The notes under the pieces: model-generated
The model's database searches: none
What the model was told of the DNA's origin: nothing
Seen by the model: only the letters and a program-made list of their open reading frames with translations
Translations under genes and position numbers: made by a program
Shown: positions 1-7,965 of the stretch, one piece after another
Numbering within the stretch: position 1 is the stretch's first letter
Layout: the number at the start of each line of letters is the position of its first letter
Assembly (NCBI GenBank): GCA_050633305.1
Contig: JBOEGF010000005.1
Span: forward strand, 224,001-288,000
Length of the DNA: 64,000 nucleotides
Reading direction: 5' to 3'
Origin: Nannocystales bacterium
GTDB taxonomy: Bacteria; Myxococcota_A; Polyangia; Nannocystales; Nannocystaceae

Positions 1-482
1 GTAGCACGCTGTTGATCCCCGGCGCGTTTGACTTCATCGAGACGTACATCTCGGTCGAGCACAACGAGATGTGGCACAAACAGGTGCAGGAGCACTCCAA
101 GGATGCTCGTGTGAAGCATCTCTTCGAGCCTCCCGCCGCCCACGCTCCCGAGCCCGCGATGTTCGAGGACGGAAAGGGCAAGACCTTGCCGGAGTACGTC
201 GCGTGGAGTGAGCGCTGCGAGCGCGAGCCCGACATCATGGCGTCGTACGTGGCGGCTCCGTACGCGTTGGTGGAGCACCCGGACCTCATCCTCGTCGACG
301 GCCGAGCTCGGCGGTATTGCATCGAGACCGCCTGGGCCGCACTCGAGCCGGGCGGCGTGCTCGTCGTGCACGATTCGCAGCGCGAGCAGTACATCAAGGT
401 CATCGACGACGTCTGCGGCGATCGAGCGCATTGGCTCGTGCCATTCACCCGCGGTCAGGTGTGCGTCGCCGCCAAGGGCTAA
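1..482 (+). CDS. Class I SAM-dependent methyltransferase-like protein, 5' truncated by the window edge
   Basis: Frame stays open to the window edge (..STLLIP). Motifs YISVEHN..W, DLILVDGRAR and LEPGGVLVVHD are typical of Methyltransf_24-like proteins. Confidence 0.7.
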   Translation, partial: STLLIPGAFDFIETYISVEHNEMWHKQVQEHSKDARVKHLFEPPAAHAPEPAMFEDGKGKTLPEYVAWSERCEREPDIMASYVAAPYALVEHPDLILVDGRARRYCIETAWAALEPGGVLVVHDSQREQYIKVIDDVCGDRAHWLVPFTRGQVCVAAKG

Positions 483-508
483 ATCATCGCGACGGTCACC
501 GGCCAGCC

Positions 509-1918
509 CTACGGTGACTGAAGGTCGATGGATACGCTGAGTTGGCCCGCTTCGACCCCGGCCCACAGCGTTGCGGTGTGGTTGGCGTACGGACGTAGCC
601 AGGGAGCCCATGCCGTTGGCAGATGTTCTACGACGTCGCCGATGCGACCAATCCGTGCGGTCACGGTGCTGACGTGCGCGCCGGTCGTTGGAGCGTCCAA
701 CAACCAGGCGAACCGTTCGGGGCTGGAGGCGAGCGCGACCCACCCCATGGTCGGCTGCGGCCCATCGTCGAGAGAAAGCACAATGCCCCCGCCTGGGAAC
801 GGCGCCCATGTGACCTCCGTCCGGCCAGCCTTGGTCGGCGCAGGCGCGAGCCCGACGTAGGGCAGCACACTTGCAGTGAAGTTGACCCACGAGGTCGGAA
901 CGCGGACGAAGGCAATGAAGACCCCGCCTTCGTCGAGCCGAGCGCCGGCGAACTCGACCTCGGCGAGTCCATCGAGTGCCGCGTCGATGAAGCCCCGAGA
1001 GACCTCCGGGGAGCGCGCCCGCAGCGTCGCGATCGAGGCGGCGAGCTCCTGCGGCCATGTGCCGCTCCAGGTGGACACCGCCAAGCGTGCGGCTCCCTCG
1101 GGCCGCCGGACAGGGCCGAGCGACTGAAGCCACCGGTGGACATCGGGCCAAGGGCCCGTGCGTGCGCAGGCCACCGCTCCTGAGCAAAGTGCGTCCCATG
1201 AAGGGGCGGCGGAATCGCTGGGGGCGCTGTGCCACGCCGTCCGTGGGGTCCAGCGTAGCCGCGCTCGAACACGCTCCGCGTCCTGGATGACCTCGAGCGA
1301 GGCTCGGTCGAAGGCCGGGACGTGCTCCTGTTCGAGGCCCGGGTCCTGGTCGAGGGTCGGCGCGAGGATGACGATGTCGCCGAACAGGGGCGGGGCGGGC
1401 TCGGCGTTGGGGATGGTGTCCGATGCTTCGAGGACGGCCTGAGAACTCGGCTCTCCCTGGGTGATGAAGTCGATGGTCCGTGCCCGGTCGTCCGCATGGA
1501 CGTAGGCCTTGCCCCACTCGAGTTGCACGCACGCGAGTGAACCGACGGAGGGGCAGCTTGGCTGAAGCTGGTCGGTGTTGGGCCACGATGCGCCCGAACG
1601 AAGGAGCCCGTGCACGCGGTGGTGCAGCGCCGCGCCGATGGGGCGCATGAGCGTCGCGGTCAGCGTGGAGCCGGGCTCGAGAGCTTCCAGCCACAAACTG
1701 TCAGGGAGCAGCTGCTGGAGCACCGCGACTTTCGCGCTCACACGCACTCCGCCGTCGAGATGCCCAGGGCCTGGCCCGGGGCGCTGGTCGGTCCAGGGGT
1801 CGCGTTCGGGCTCGAGTTCCGCGGGGAGCGTGACCGGCTGTGAGCCGTCTTCTGGTAGGTGCTTGGGCTTGCCGCACGCTGCAAGCACCAACGCAAGCAG
1901 CATGCAGGAGCGGAGCAC
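509..1918 (-). CDS. Hypothetical lipoprotein
   Basis: Lipobox LLALVLAAC followed by about 450 aa of globular-looking sequence. The start may be the ATG at 1903. Confidence 0.7.
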   Translation of the reverse strand: MLRSCMLLALVLAACGKPKHLPEDGSQPVTLPAELEPERDPWTDQRPGPGPGHLDGGVRVSAKVAVLQQLLPDSLWLEALEPGSTLTATLMRPIGAALHHRVHGLLRSGASWPNTDQLQPSCPSVGSLACVQLEWGKAYVHADDRARTIDFITQGEPSSQAVLEASDTIPNAEPAPPLFGDIVILAPTLDQDPGLEQEHVPAFDRASLEVIQDAERVRARLRWTPRTAWHSAPSDSAAPSWDALCSGAVACARTGPWPDVHRWLQSLGPVRRPEGAARLAVSTWSGTWPQELAASIATLRARSPEVSRGFIDAALDGLAEVEFAGARLDEGGVFIAFVRVPTSWVNFTASVLPYVGLAPAPTKAGRTEVTWAPFPGGGIVLSLDDGPQPTMGWVALASSPERFAWLLDAPTTGAHVSTVTARIGRIGDVVEHLPTAWAPWLRPYANHTATLWAGVEAGQLSVSIDLQSP

Positions 1919-1930
1919 ACGCTCGGAATA

Positions 1931-2173
1931 TCACGCGTCGAACGGCGAGCGAATCGTGGGGCGAACTGGCCCCCGCACGTTGCGGTAGCGAGGGGAGAAC
2001 GGAGAGAGCAGCTCGGGGTTTGCGGACCGGAAGTGGCCCGGAGGGATCCGTGGTTTGGCGCGGGGAGGCGCGAACGGATCTGCGAGCTCGGAGGTCGCGG
2101 TTGGGGCGGCTGGGGCGGGCGCGGGTGCCGTCGGCGCGACGCACAGCAAGTTCCAGACGAGTAGGGCGACCAT
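1931..2173 (-). CDS. Small secreted/membrane Pro-Ala-rich hypothetical protein
   Basis: Hydrophobic N-terminus and APAPAP linker. Ends 12 nt upstream of the lipoprotein on the same strand. Confidence 0.4.
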   Translation of the reverse strand: MVALLVWNLLCVAPTAPAPAPAAPTATSELADPFAPPRAKPRIPPGHFRSANPELLSPFSPRYRNVRGPVRPTIRSPFDA

Positions 2174-2311
2174 GTCCTGTAGTTGTGCACGCTCGGTGCC
2201 AACCCCGGGGGCGCGGTTCCCAAGCCATGCCTGGGCAAGCGTTCGTACCGTTCGTTGCGGAGTGCAACGTCGTCCCGGACTGGGCGTTGCACTCCGCGGT
2301 ACTCTCTGTCG

Positions 2312-2821
2312 GTGCGGACCCCCGCAGCCTTTGCGGTCGCTTTTGCAATCGCTCTGACATCGTCACCGGCGGTTGCCGCGAAACCGACGCGCATCGAGCC
2401 CAAGCCGCTGAAGGGCAAGGAGCGCCGAAAAGCTCGTCGGGAGCGCGACGAATCCCAGGGCGGCACCGAGAACGGCACGTTCGAGTTTGTTCTGGGGTCC
2501 GTTGCCGCGGTGATCACGGGAGCGGTGATCGGTCGTGGGGCGTGGGAGCTGACCCAGATCGACGAGCTGCGGACACATTGCGCGAACGGAGGGGCCGATC
2601 TCGATTGTGGAACTGGAAACGTCGGTCGCGGAAACCGAATCGCGGCGGGTCTTTCGTTCGGGTTCGCCGTGCCCATGGCTGTCGCGACAGGGTTCCTGTT
2701 TGCCCGCGGGGCTCGGACGCGGCGGGACTACAAGGCTTGGCACGTGCAACACCCCGAGGTGAGTCTGCGACCCTCCGTGTCCCAACGCGGCGGCGGGCTG
2801 GCGCTCCAACTGCGCTTCTGA
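2312..2821 (+). CDS. Hypothetical membrane/secreted protein
   Basis: Signal-like N-terminus from GTG 2312, two hydrophobic segments, and a myxobacterial-style C-terminal GGLALQLRF. Ends 13 nt before trpS. Confidence 0.6.
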   Translation: MRTPAAFAVAFAIALTSSPAVAAKPTRIEPKPLKGKERRKARRERDESQGGTENGTFEFVLGSVAAVITGAVIGRGAWELTQIDELRTHCANGGADLDCGTGNVGRGNRIAAGLSFGFAVPMAVATGFLFARGARTRRDYKAWHVQHPEVSLRPSVSQRGGGLALQLRF

Positions 2822-2834
2822 CATCTTCAGCTTC

Positions 2835-3839
2835 ATGACGGACCTTCCGCCCCGTCTCGTGTCGGGCGTCCAGCCCAGTGGCGAGCTACACATCGGCAAC
2901 TACTTCGGTGCCATCGCACAGTTCGTGAAACTCCAAGAGGAGTACGCGGGCAACTGCTTTGTCTTCATCGCCGACTATCACGCGCTCACCACGGTGCGTG
3001 ATGCCGAGAAGCTCCGCTCCTCGGTGTTCGACGTCGCGGCCACCTACCTTGCGCTCGGGCTCGACCCCGACAAAGTCACCCTGTTCCGCCAGTCGGATGT
3101 GGTGGAGCATGTCGAGCTGGCTTGGATGCTGGGGACCGTGACCGGCATGGGCCTGTTGGAGCGGGCGACCTCCTACAAGGACAAGATCGCCAAGGGCATT
3201 CGCTCATCGGTGGGACTCTTCTACTACCCCGTCCTCATGGCGGCCGACATCCTCCTGTACGACGCATCCGTCGTCCCCGTGGGCAAGGACCAGGTTCAGC
3301 ACGTCGAGATGACGCAGGCGATGGCCACGCACTTCAACGAGGCGTTCGGCACCGCTGAGCCCGTGCTTCGTCGCCCCGAGTACCGCTTGTCCCCCGTCTC
3401 GAAGGTGCCTGGCATCGATGGCGAGAAGATGAGCAAGAGTTACGACAACACCATCCCGATCTTCATGACCGGGAAGAAGCTCAAGAAGAGGGTCGCTGGT
3501 GTTGTCACCGACTCCAAAGCGCTTGGCGATCCGCTGGACCCCGACACGTGCAATGTCTTCGCGCTGCTGAAGATGTTCGTACACGGTGAAGAGCGCGAGG
3601 AACTCGCGGGCTGGTACCGGGCGGGTGCCCGCGACGGTGCGCCGTTTGGCTACGGCCACGCGAAACAGCTGCTGGCTGCGAAGATCGACGAGCACTTCGC
3701 CGACGCACGAGCGAAATACGAGGCGTTCCAGGCCGATCCTTCGCAGGTCGAGGCTGTTTTGGAAGCGGGCGCCAAGCGAGCCAAGGCCGTGGCCGGGGCG
3801 ACCATGGACCGGGTACGGCGGGCCACCGGTCTTCGGTAA
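2835..3839 (+). CDS. trpS: Tryptophan--tRNA ligase
   Basis: SGVQPSGELHIGNYFGA (HIGH), YPVLMAADIL, VPVGKDQ and KMSKS motifs. Confidence 0.97.
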   Translation: MTDLPPRLVSGVQPSGELHIGNYFGAIAQFVKLQEEYAGNCFVFIADYHALTTVRDAEKLRSSVFDVAATYLALGLDPDKVTLFRQSDVVEHVELAWMLGTVTGMGLLERATSYKDKIAKGIRSSVGLFYYPVLMAADILLYDASVVPVGKDQVQHVEMTQAMATHFNEAFGTAEPVLRRPEYRLSPVSKVPGIDGEKMSKSYDNTIPIFMTGKKLKKRVAGVVTDSKALGDPLDPDTCNVFALLKMFVHGEEREELAGWYRAGARDGAPFGYGHAKQLLAAKIDEHFADARAKYEAFQADPSQVEAVLEAGAKRAKAVAGATMDRVRRATGLR

Positions 3840-3876
3840 CTCACCACGGGTCCTCCCGGTCGCGCCGGTTGGACGG

Positions 3877-4863
3877 CTACCGCACGCGGCCGGGCCACCG
3901 GTCGTACTTGCGCCCGATCTGTGAGGCTGTTCCCGGGAAGCAGGCCATCTGGCTTGCTTCACCCGCCACCGTGGACACCGTGCATTGCTTGTAGAACTGG
4001 GCGCGCGGCATATCGCACTCTGGGGGCTTGGTGCCCGGGATAGCCTTGCCAAAGATCTGCTCGTACGTCGAACACGCGAGTTTGGCCGGTGGCCCACCGA
4101 CGTCGCAGACATTCATCCCGAGGTTGCACGCCAGATCGAGGCTGGTTCGGATGCCCGCGCAGAAATCCTGAGACCTCTGGAACGTACTGCTCATCTCGGC
4201 GTCCGTGCATTCGCTGTTTCCCCGTCCGCGAGCGACGATGCAGCTGTCACCGTGAGGCCCGGGAATGGTGCCCGGCGGACAGTCGGGCTTCGTCTCTTTG
4301 TTCTTCTCTTTCTTCTTTGGCGGTGGCGGTGGCGGTGGCGGCTTGGAACAGCTGCCACCCTTGGGTGGGGGCGTCTTGGACCGATCCACGCGAACGGGGT
4401 CGGCATTCCACGCTGCTTCCAGCGCGTTGGCGAGAGCGATGCGATTGGCCGCCCCACCCAGCGACTTCTTGTAGACGAGCATCGGCGGGCTCTCCCATTC
4501 AAGCATCTTCGCTTTCGAGGTGCCGAGCATCGTCCACCACGTTGAGCCGTGACGCTGGGCGAGCAAGGCGGGCTTTCCCCGGTTCTGCTGATAGATGCCC
4601 TCGAGGCGTCCCGTCTTGACGGCCGTGAAGATCGCCAGCCCTGTTCTCCGACTTGAGCCGCTGCGTCGTGTCAGGATCGTCAGGGCATACTGCGCGTCGA
4701 CGTCGATGCGGTGATCGATGAAGTCACAGACGGTGTACGTGGGTACGTTCACGACGCCGGCCTTCGCCGTGTTTGTCTGGGTTGCAAAGCTGCTCGCCGC
4801 GAGCACACTTGCCACGGCTGCTACCAGCCACGTGCCTCTGGGTCGGTTGGTTGTTCGTCTCAT
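3877..4863 (-). CDS. Secreted hypothetical protein with poly-Pro linker and Cys-rich C-terminus
   Basis: ATG 4863 preceded by GAAGGA. Signal peptide MRRTTNRPRGTWLVAAVASVLAA. The upstream part of the 609-aa ORF is a shadow of the opposite-strand gene. Confidence 0.7.
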   Translation of the reverse strand: MRRTTNRPRGTWLVAAVASVLAASSFATQTNTAKAGVVNVPTYTVCDFIDHRIDVDAQYALTILTRRSGSSRRTGLAIFTAVKTGRLEGIYQQNRGKPALLAQRHGSTWWTMLGTSKAKMLEWESPPMLVYKKSLGGAANRIALANALEAAWNADPVRVDRSKTPPPKGGSCSKPPPPPPPPKKKEKNKETKPDCPPGTIPGPHGDSCIVARGRGNSECTDAEMSSTFQRSQDFCAGIRTSLDLACNLGMNVCDVGGPPAKLACSTYEQIFGKAIPGTKPPECDMPRAQFYKQCTVSTVAGEASQMACFPGTASQIGRKYDRWPGRVR

Positions 4864-5274
4864 CGTGTGTCCTTCGGGTACACAGATGGACGCCGAACTC
4901 TGGAGATGTGACGCTCGGGCACCAAGTTGGGGGGGCGAAGGCGCTCGGTGGGCTGAGGGCGCACCTGGACCATGCACCGAGGCCTGAGTTGCCCGAACAG
5001 GCCGAGAAGCCTTGGGTCTCCAGGATGCAACGACCTGCTCAGGTCGACCACGGCAGCCAGTCCGAGCGGTCCCGAATGGGGACTGAGCCCGGACCACTGC
5101 CTGGGAGCGGGACTTTTCCATGACAAGGCAGTCTCGGCGGAGCACCCATCCTGTCCCATTGTCTGTCGAGGTGGAGGGTTGTTTCCCACCTCCGGAGGTC
5201 GCATAGGGGAAACGGCGACACCGCTTCGTCGCCGAGCTCGGACGCCGGCACCATTCCAAGAGCACCTCCGCATC

Positions 5275-5733
5275 GTGATCGTTTCCGAATTCATCCCCCC
5301 TGTGCTGTTCGTTCGCTGGCACGACCAATGCGAGCCCATTGATGTCGACCGTATCCGCATCGCGACGGAAGCTGCTTACCGGGAGATGGGGGGGCCCGTC
5401 GTCTACGTGGCCGCGATCCCCGAAGATGTCCCGCCACCCGACGCCGAGACCCGCGCAGCGCTTCACGCCGGAACCGAACACGGGCGAACTCGCTTCGCGA
5501 CCATGCACCTCGTCCTCGAAGGCGATGGACTCAAGCGTACAGTGATCCGAAGCCTCACCGCCGGGATGATGCTCGCCACCGGGGGAGCCTTCTCGATCCA
5601 CACCCATGTGGTCGATGCTCTCGTGGCTGCGAGAAAGAAGGTCCCCTTCGATTTCGAGGACATCTTTCTTCGGGGACGGGACGCCGGCATGTTCGGGGAC
5701 GAACACGGCTCGTCATCCGTCTCATCGAAGTGA
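5275..5733 (+). CDS. Hypothetical protein, STAS/SEC14-like myxobacterial small alpha/beta protein
   Basis: Globular sequence VLFVRW..PVVYVAAIP..PPPD..R..HLVLEGDG..RTVIRS. GTG start inferred. Confidence 0.55.
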   Translation: MIVSEFIPPVLFVRWHDQCEPIDVDRIRIATEAAYREMGGPVVYVAAIPEDVPPPDAETRAALHAGTEHGRTRFATMHLVLEGDGLKRTVIRSLTAGMMLATGGAFSIHTHVVDALVAARKKVPFDFEDIFLRGRDAGMFGDEHGSSSVSSK

Positions 5734-5750
5734 CCTCGTCCGCGAGCTTC

Positions 5751-6128
5751 CTACTGGGCCTGCTCGTCGGAAGTACGGGCGCCGGTGTCTTCGTCCGTGC
5801 GGAGGGCTGACGCACCTTGCTTGGTGAACACCAAGGTGAGGGCCATGACGGCGAAGCATCCCCAGACCAGGCTGTTCTGTCCCCGGGAGAGCGCGACATA
5901 GACGAGCGGTAGGTACGAGGTACCCAGGAGCATGGCGCCTAGAACGGGACGGTCGCTCACGAAGCACCCCGCGGCGGCGACGTGCACGGCGCCCATACCG
6001 CGAATGGCCACGTACGGAAGGTCGAGTTCCTCGGCACCAGCGCGTTCGAGATCGATGCCGTAGAGCTTTGCGACGCCGCTCAGCGCCGCGAAGAGGAGGA
6101 GGAGCCATCGGAGAGTGACGACGAGCAT
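5751..6128 (-). CDS. DoxX-like small membrane protein
   Basis: Four hydrophobic segments and an F..SG..KL motif. Confidence 0.55.
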   Translation of the reverse strand: MLVVTLRWLLLLFAALSGVAKLYGIDLERAGAEELDLPYVAIRGMGAVHVAAAGCFVSDRPVLGAMLLGTSYLPLVYVALSRGQNSLVWGCFAVMALTLVFTKQGASALRTDEDTGARTSDEQAQ

Positions 6129-6181
6129 GCTTCCAGTGTTGGCGCGCGCGCTTCGGGGCGCGATTCCCAGGTTGGGAAGGG

Positions 6182-6949
6182 CTATGCGTTCGCGTGCTCG
6201 CGGAACCAACGGTCGGTTTCGTCGTCGGCGGGGTACACGAGCTCGACCCGGATCTCGGACATGGTCACGTCGAGTGCTTTGTCGAAGCGCAAGACGGTCG
6301 CCACGGTGTGCAGGGTCTGGCCGCGGGCGACCATCGTCGAGGACAAGGCCACGGACGCCGCGGGCTCAGGAGGCTCGGTGAGGTCTTCTGCGTGCGACTG
6401 GGCCCGCTGCAACAAGGAGTCCAGCGCCGGGTGAGGGTGGTGGAACTGCTCGGTGCGCAGCATGTGAATCGCGCCGAAGGTGGCTCGGGCGCGGGCATGG
6501 TCGTCGGCGGGATCCTCCCCCGCGCACCACAGGTCCACAAGCTGTTCGGGCGCGAGCTCGGTGAGGCCCGGCATCACGCGCTCGGCCGCTTGGTTGCTGG
6601 CGATGAAGCGAAGCCCCGGACCAATCGCCCACGCTGGGAAGGGTTCGTGGTTGGCCAGGACCATATCGAGGACCCGGCGAACGGGGGCCATGTGCGCGTC
6701 GTCGAGTTCCCCGACCTCGTACTCCGCCCGAAGACCCGCAGCGAGGCAGAGTTCGTTGGTCTCACGGAGAGTGAGGTTGAGGGCGCGGCCGAGCCGGAGC
6801 AGAACGTCGCGACCCGGTCGAGCACGGCCGGTCTCCAAGAAACTGACGTAGCGCGCCGTGCTGCTCGCCTCGAGGGAGAGGTCGAGTTGACTGAATCCTC
6901 GGCGACGCCGCCACGACCGAAGCAGAGCGCCGAACGGTCCGCCCCTCAT
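6182..6949 (-). CDS. XRE-family HTH regulator with MmyB-like ligand-binding domain
   Basis: FGALLRSWRRRRGFSQLDL..VSFLETGRARP, HEPFPA and ELVYPADDET motifs. Confidence 0.9.
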   Translation of the reverse strand: MRGGPFGALLRSWRRRRGFSQLDLSLEASSTARYVSFLETGRARPGRDVLLRLGRALNLTLRETNELCLAAGLRAEYEVGELDDAHMAPVRRVLDMVLANHEPFPAWAIGPGLRFIASNQAAERVMPGLTELAPEQLVDLWCAGEDPADDHARARATFGAIHMLRTEQFHHPHPALDSLLQRAQSHAEDLTEPPEPAASVALSSTMVARGQTLHTVATVLRFDKALDVTMSEIRVELVYPADDETDRWFREHANA

Positions 6950-7443
6950 GATGCGGCCAACCGGGTGTCGCGAGCACAGGCGCGAGGGTGCAGAGCACCG
7001 GTCTCGATGCGGTGTTTCATCTCGTCGAGCAGCCCTCGCATCATACCCCGGGTCATCCAAACCACGACCGGTTGCAGCGGCCGCAGCCACCATCGCACGA
7101 CGAGCTCCGGCTCCAGGACGACTTCGCATCGACCATGGTCGAGTGGGTGGACGGTCCATGTATTCGTCACCGTGTCGACGAACCACGGCATGCCTTCGGT
7201 GCCGCGGTAGCGAAACGTCATCGCCTCACGGTCGAAGTGGGTGAGCTCTTCGCTGACCTCACCCGCGGGAAACGGGCCAAACCGCTCGCCGCCACAGCTT
7301 CGCACCGCGCCGACCCCCAGCTCGCCACAGAGGCGGGTGTAGGTGATGCCGGAGGACCAACTCAGGTCACCAAAGCCTTCGCCCAGGACCTGCCAGGCGG
7401 CGTCGGCGGAGGTCTCAAGCTCGATCGCGTATCGCATCTTCAT
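6946..7443 (-). CDS. SRPBCC/START family protein
   Basis: AWQVLG..F, GVGAVRSC, EELTHFD..MTFRY motifs. Overlaps the regulator start by 4 nt. Confidence 0.85.
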   Translation of the reverse strand: MKMRYAIELETSADAAWQVLGEGFGDLSWSSGITYTRLCGELGVGAVRSCGGERFGPFPAGEVSEELTHFDREAMTFRYRGTEGMPWFVDTVTNTWTVHPLDHGRCEVVLEPELVVRWWLRPLQPVVVWMTRGMMRGLLDEMKHRIETGALHPRACARDTRLAAS

Positions 7444-7965
7444 CGTGATCAGGAGCGTAGGGGCGCCGGGAGGAGTCTTCCCTTCCCAGTTTGGGAGCGA
7501 CCGCGGGGTGACCCGACTTGCAAGAATCTGGCTATTGGGCTTGGCATCTGGTCGTGAGCACGCTTCTCGTGCTGGGCGGAGCTTCTGGGGCGCTTGTCCT
7601 CCGTCATACCGAGACGAGGTTCTCGCTGCTCGGTGTCGCACTCGTTGCGTGGTTCTACTGTGGTGTTCACCTCGCGTTGCACTTCTTCTAGCGGTGGACC
7701 TTCAGGAGTTCTGGTGGATCCCGCAGCTGGCTGGGGTCCCCTGCGCCGCGTCGTCGCTGGGTCTGTGGCCGAGGATCGGCGGACGTCGTCCGTTGCGCTG
7801 CCGAGAGGCCTGACTGCGCTCAAGGTCGGACGTCACGGTTGCGCAACTGCGCAACGGCATGACGGAAACAATCAGACCGTGTGTCGTGGTGGGGCTCTTC
7901 CAAGCAGCATCGGCGGTCTGCGTACTCGGTCCTCGGCAATCACCGACGTGCCCAGTTATGCGTGC

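Noticed and set aside
3877..5706. 609-aa ORF as a single gene
   Set aside because: The likely start is 4863 (RBS plus signal peptide); the upstream part shadows the plus-strand gene.
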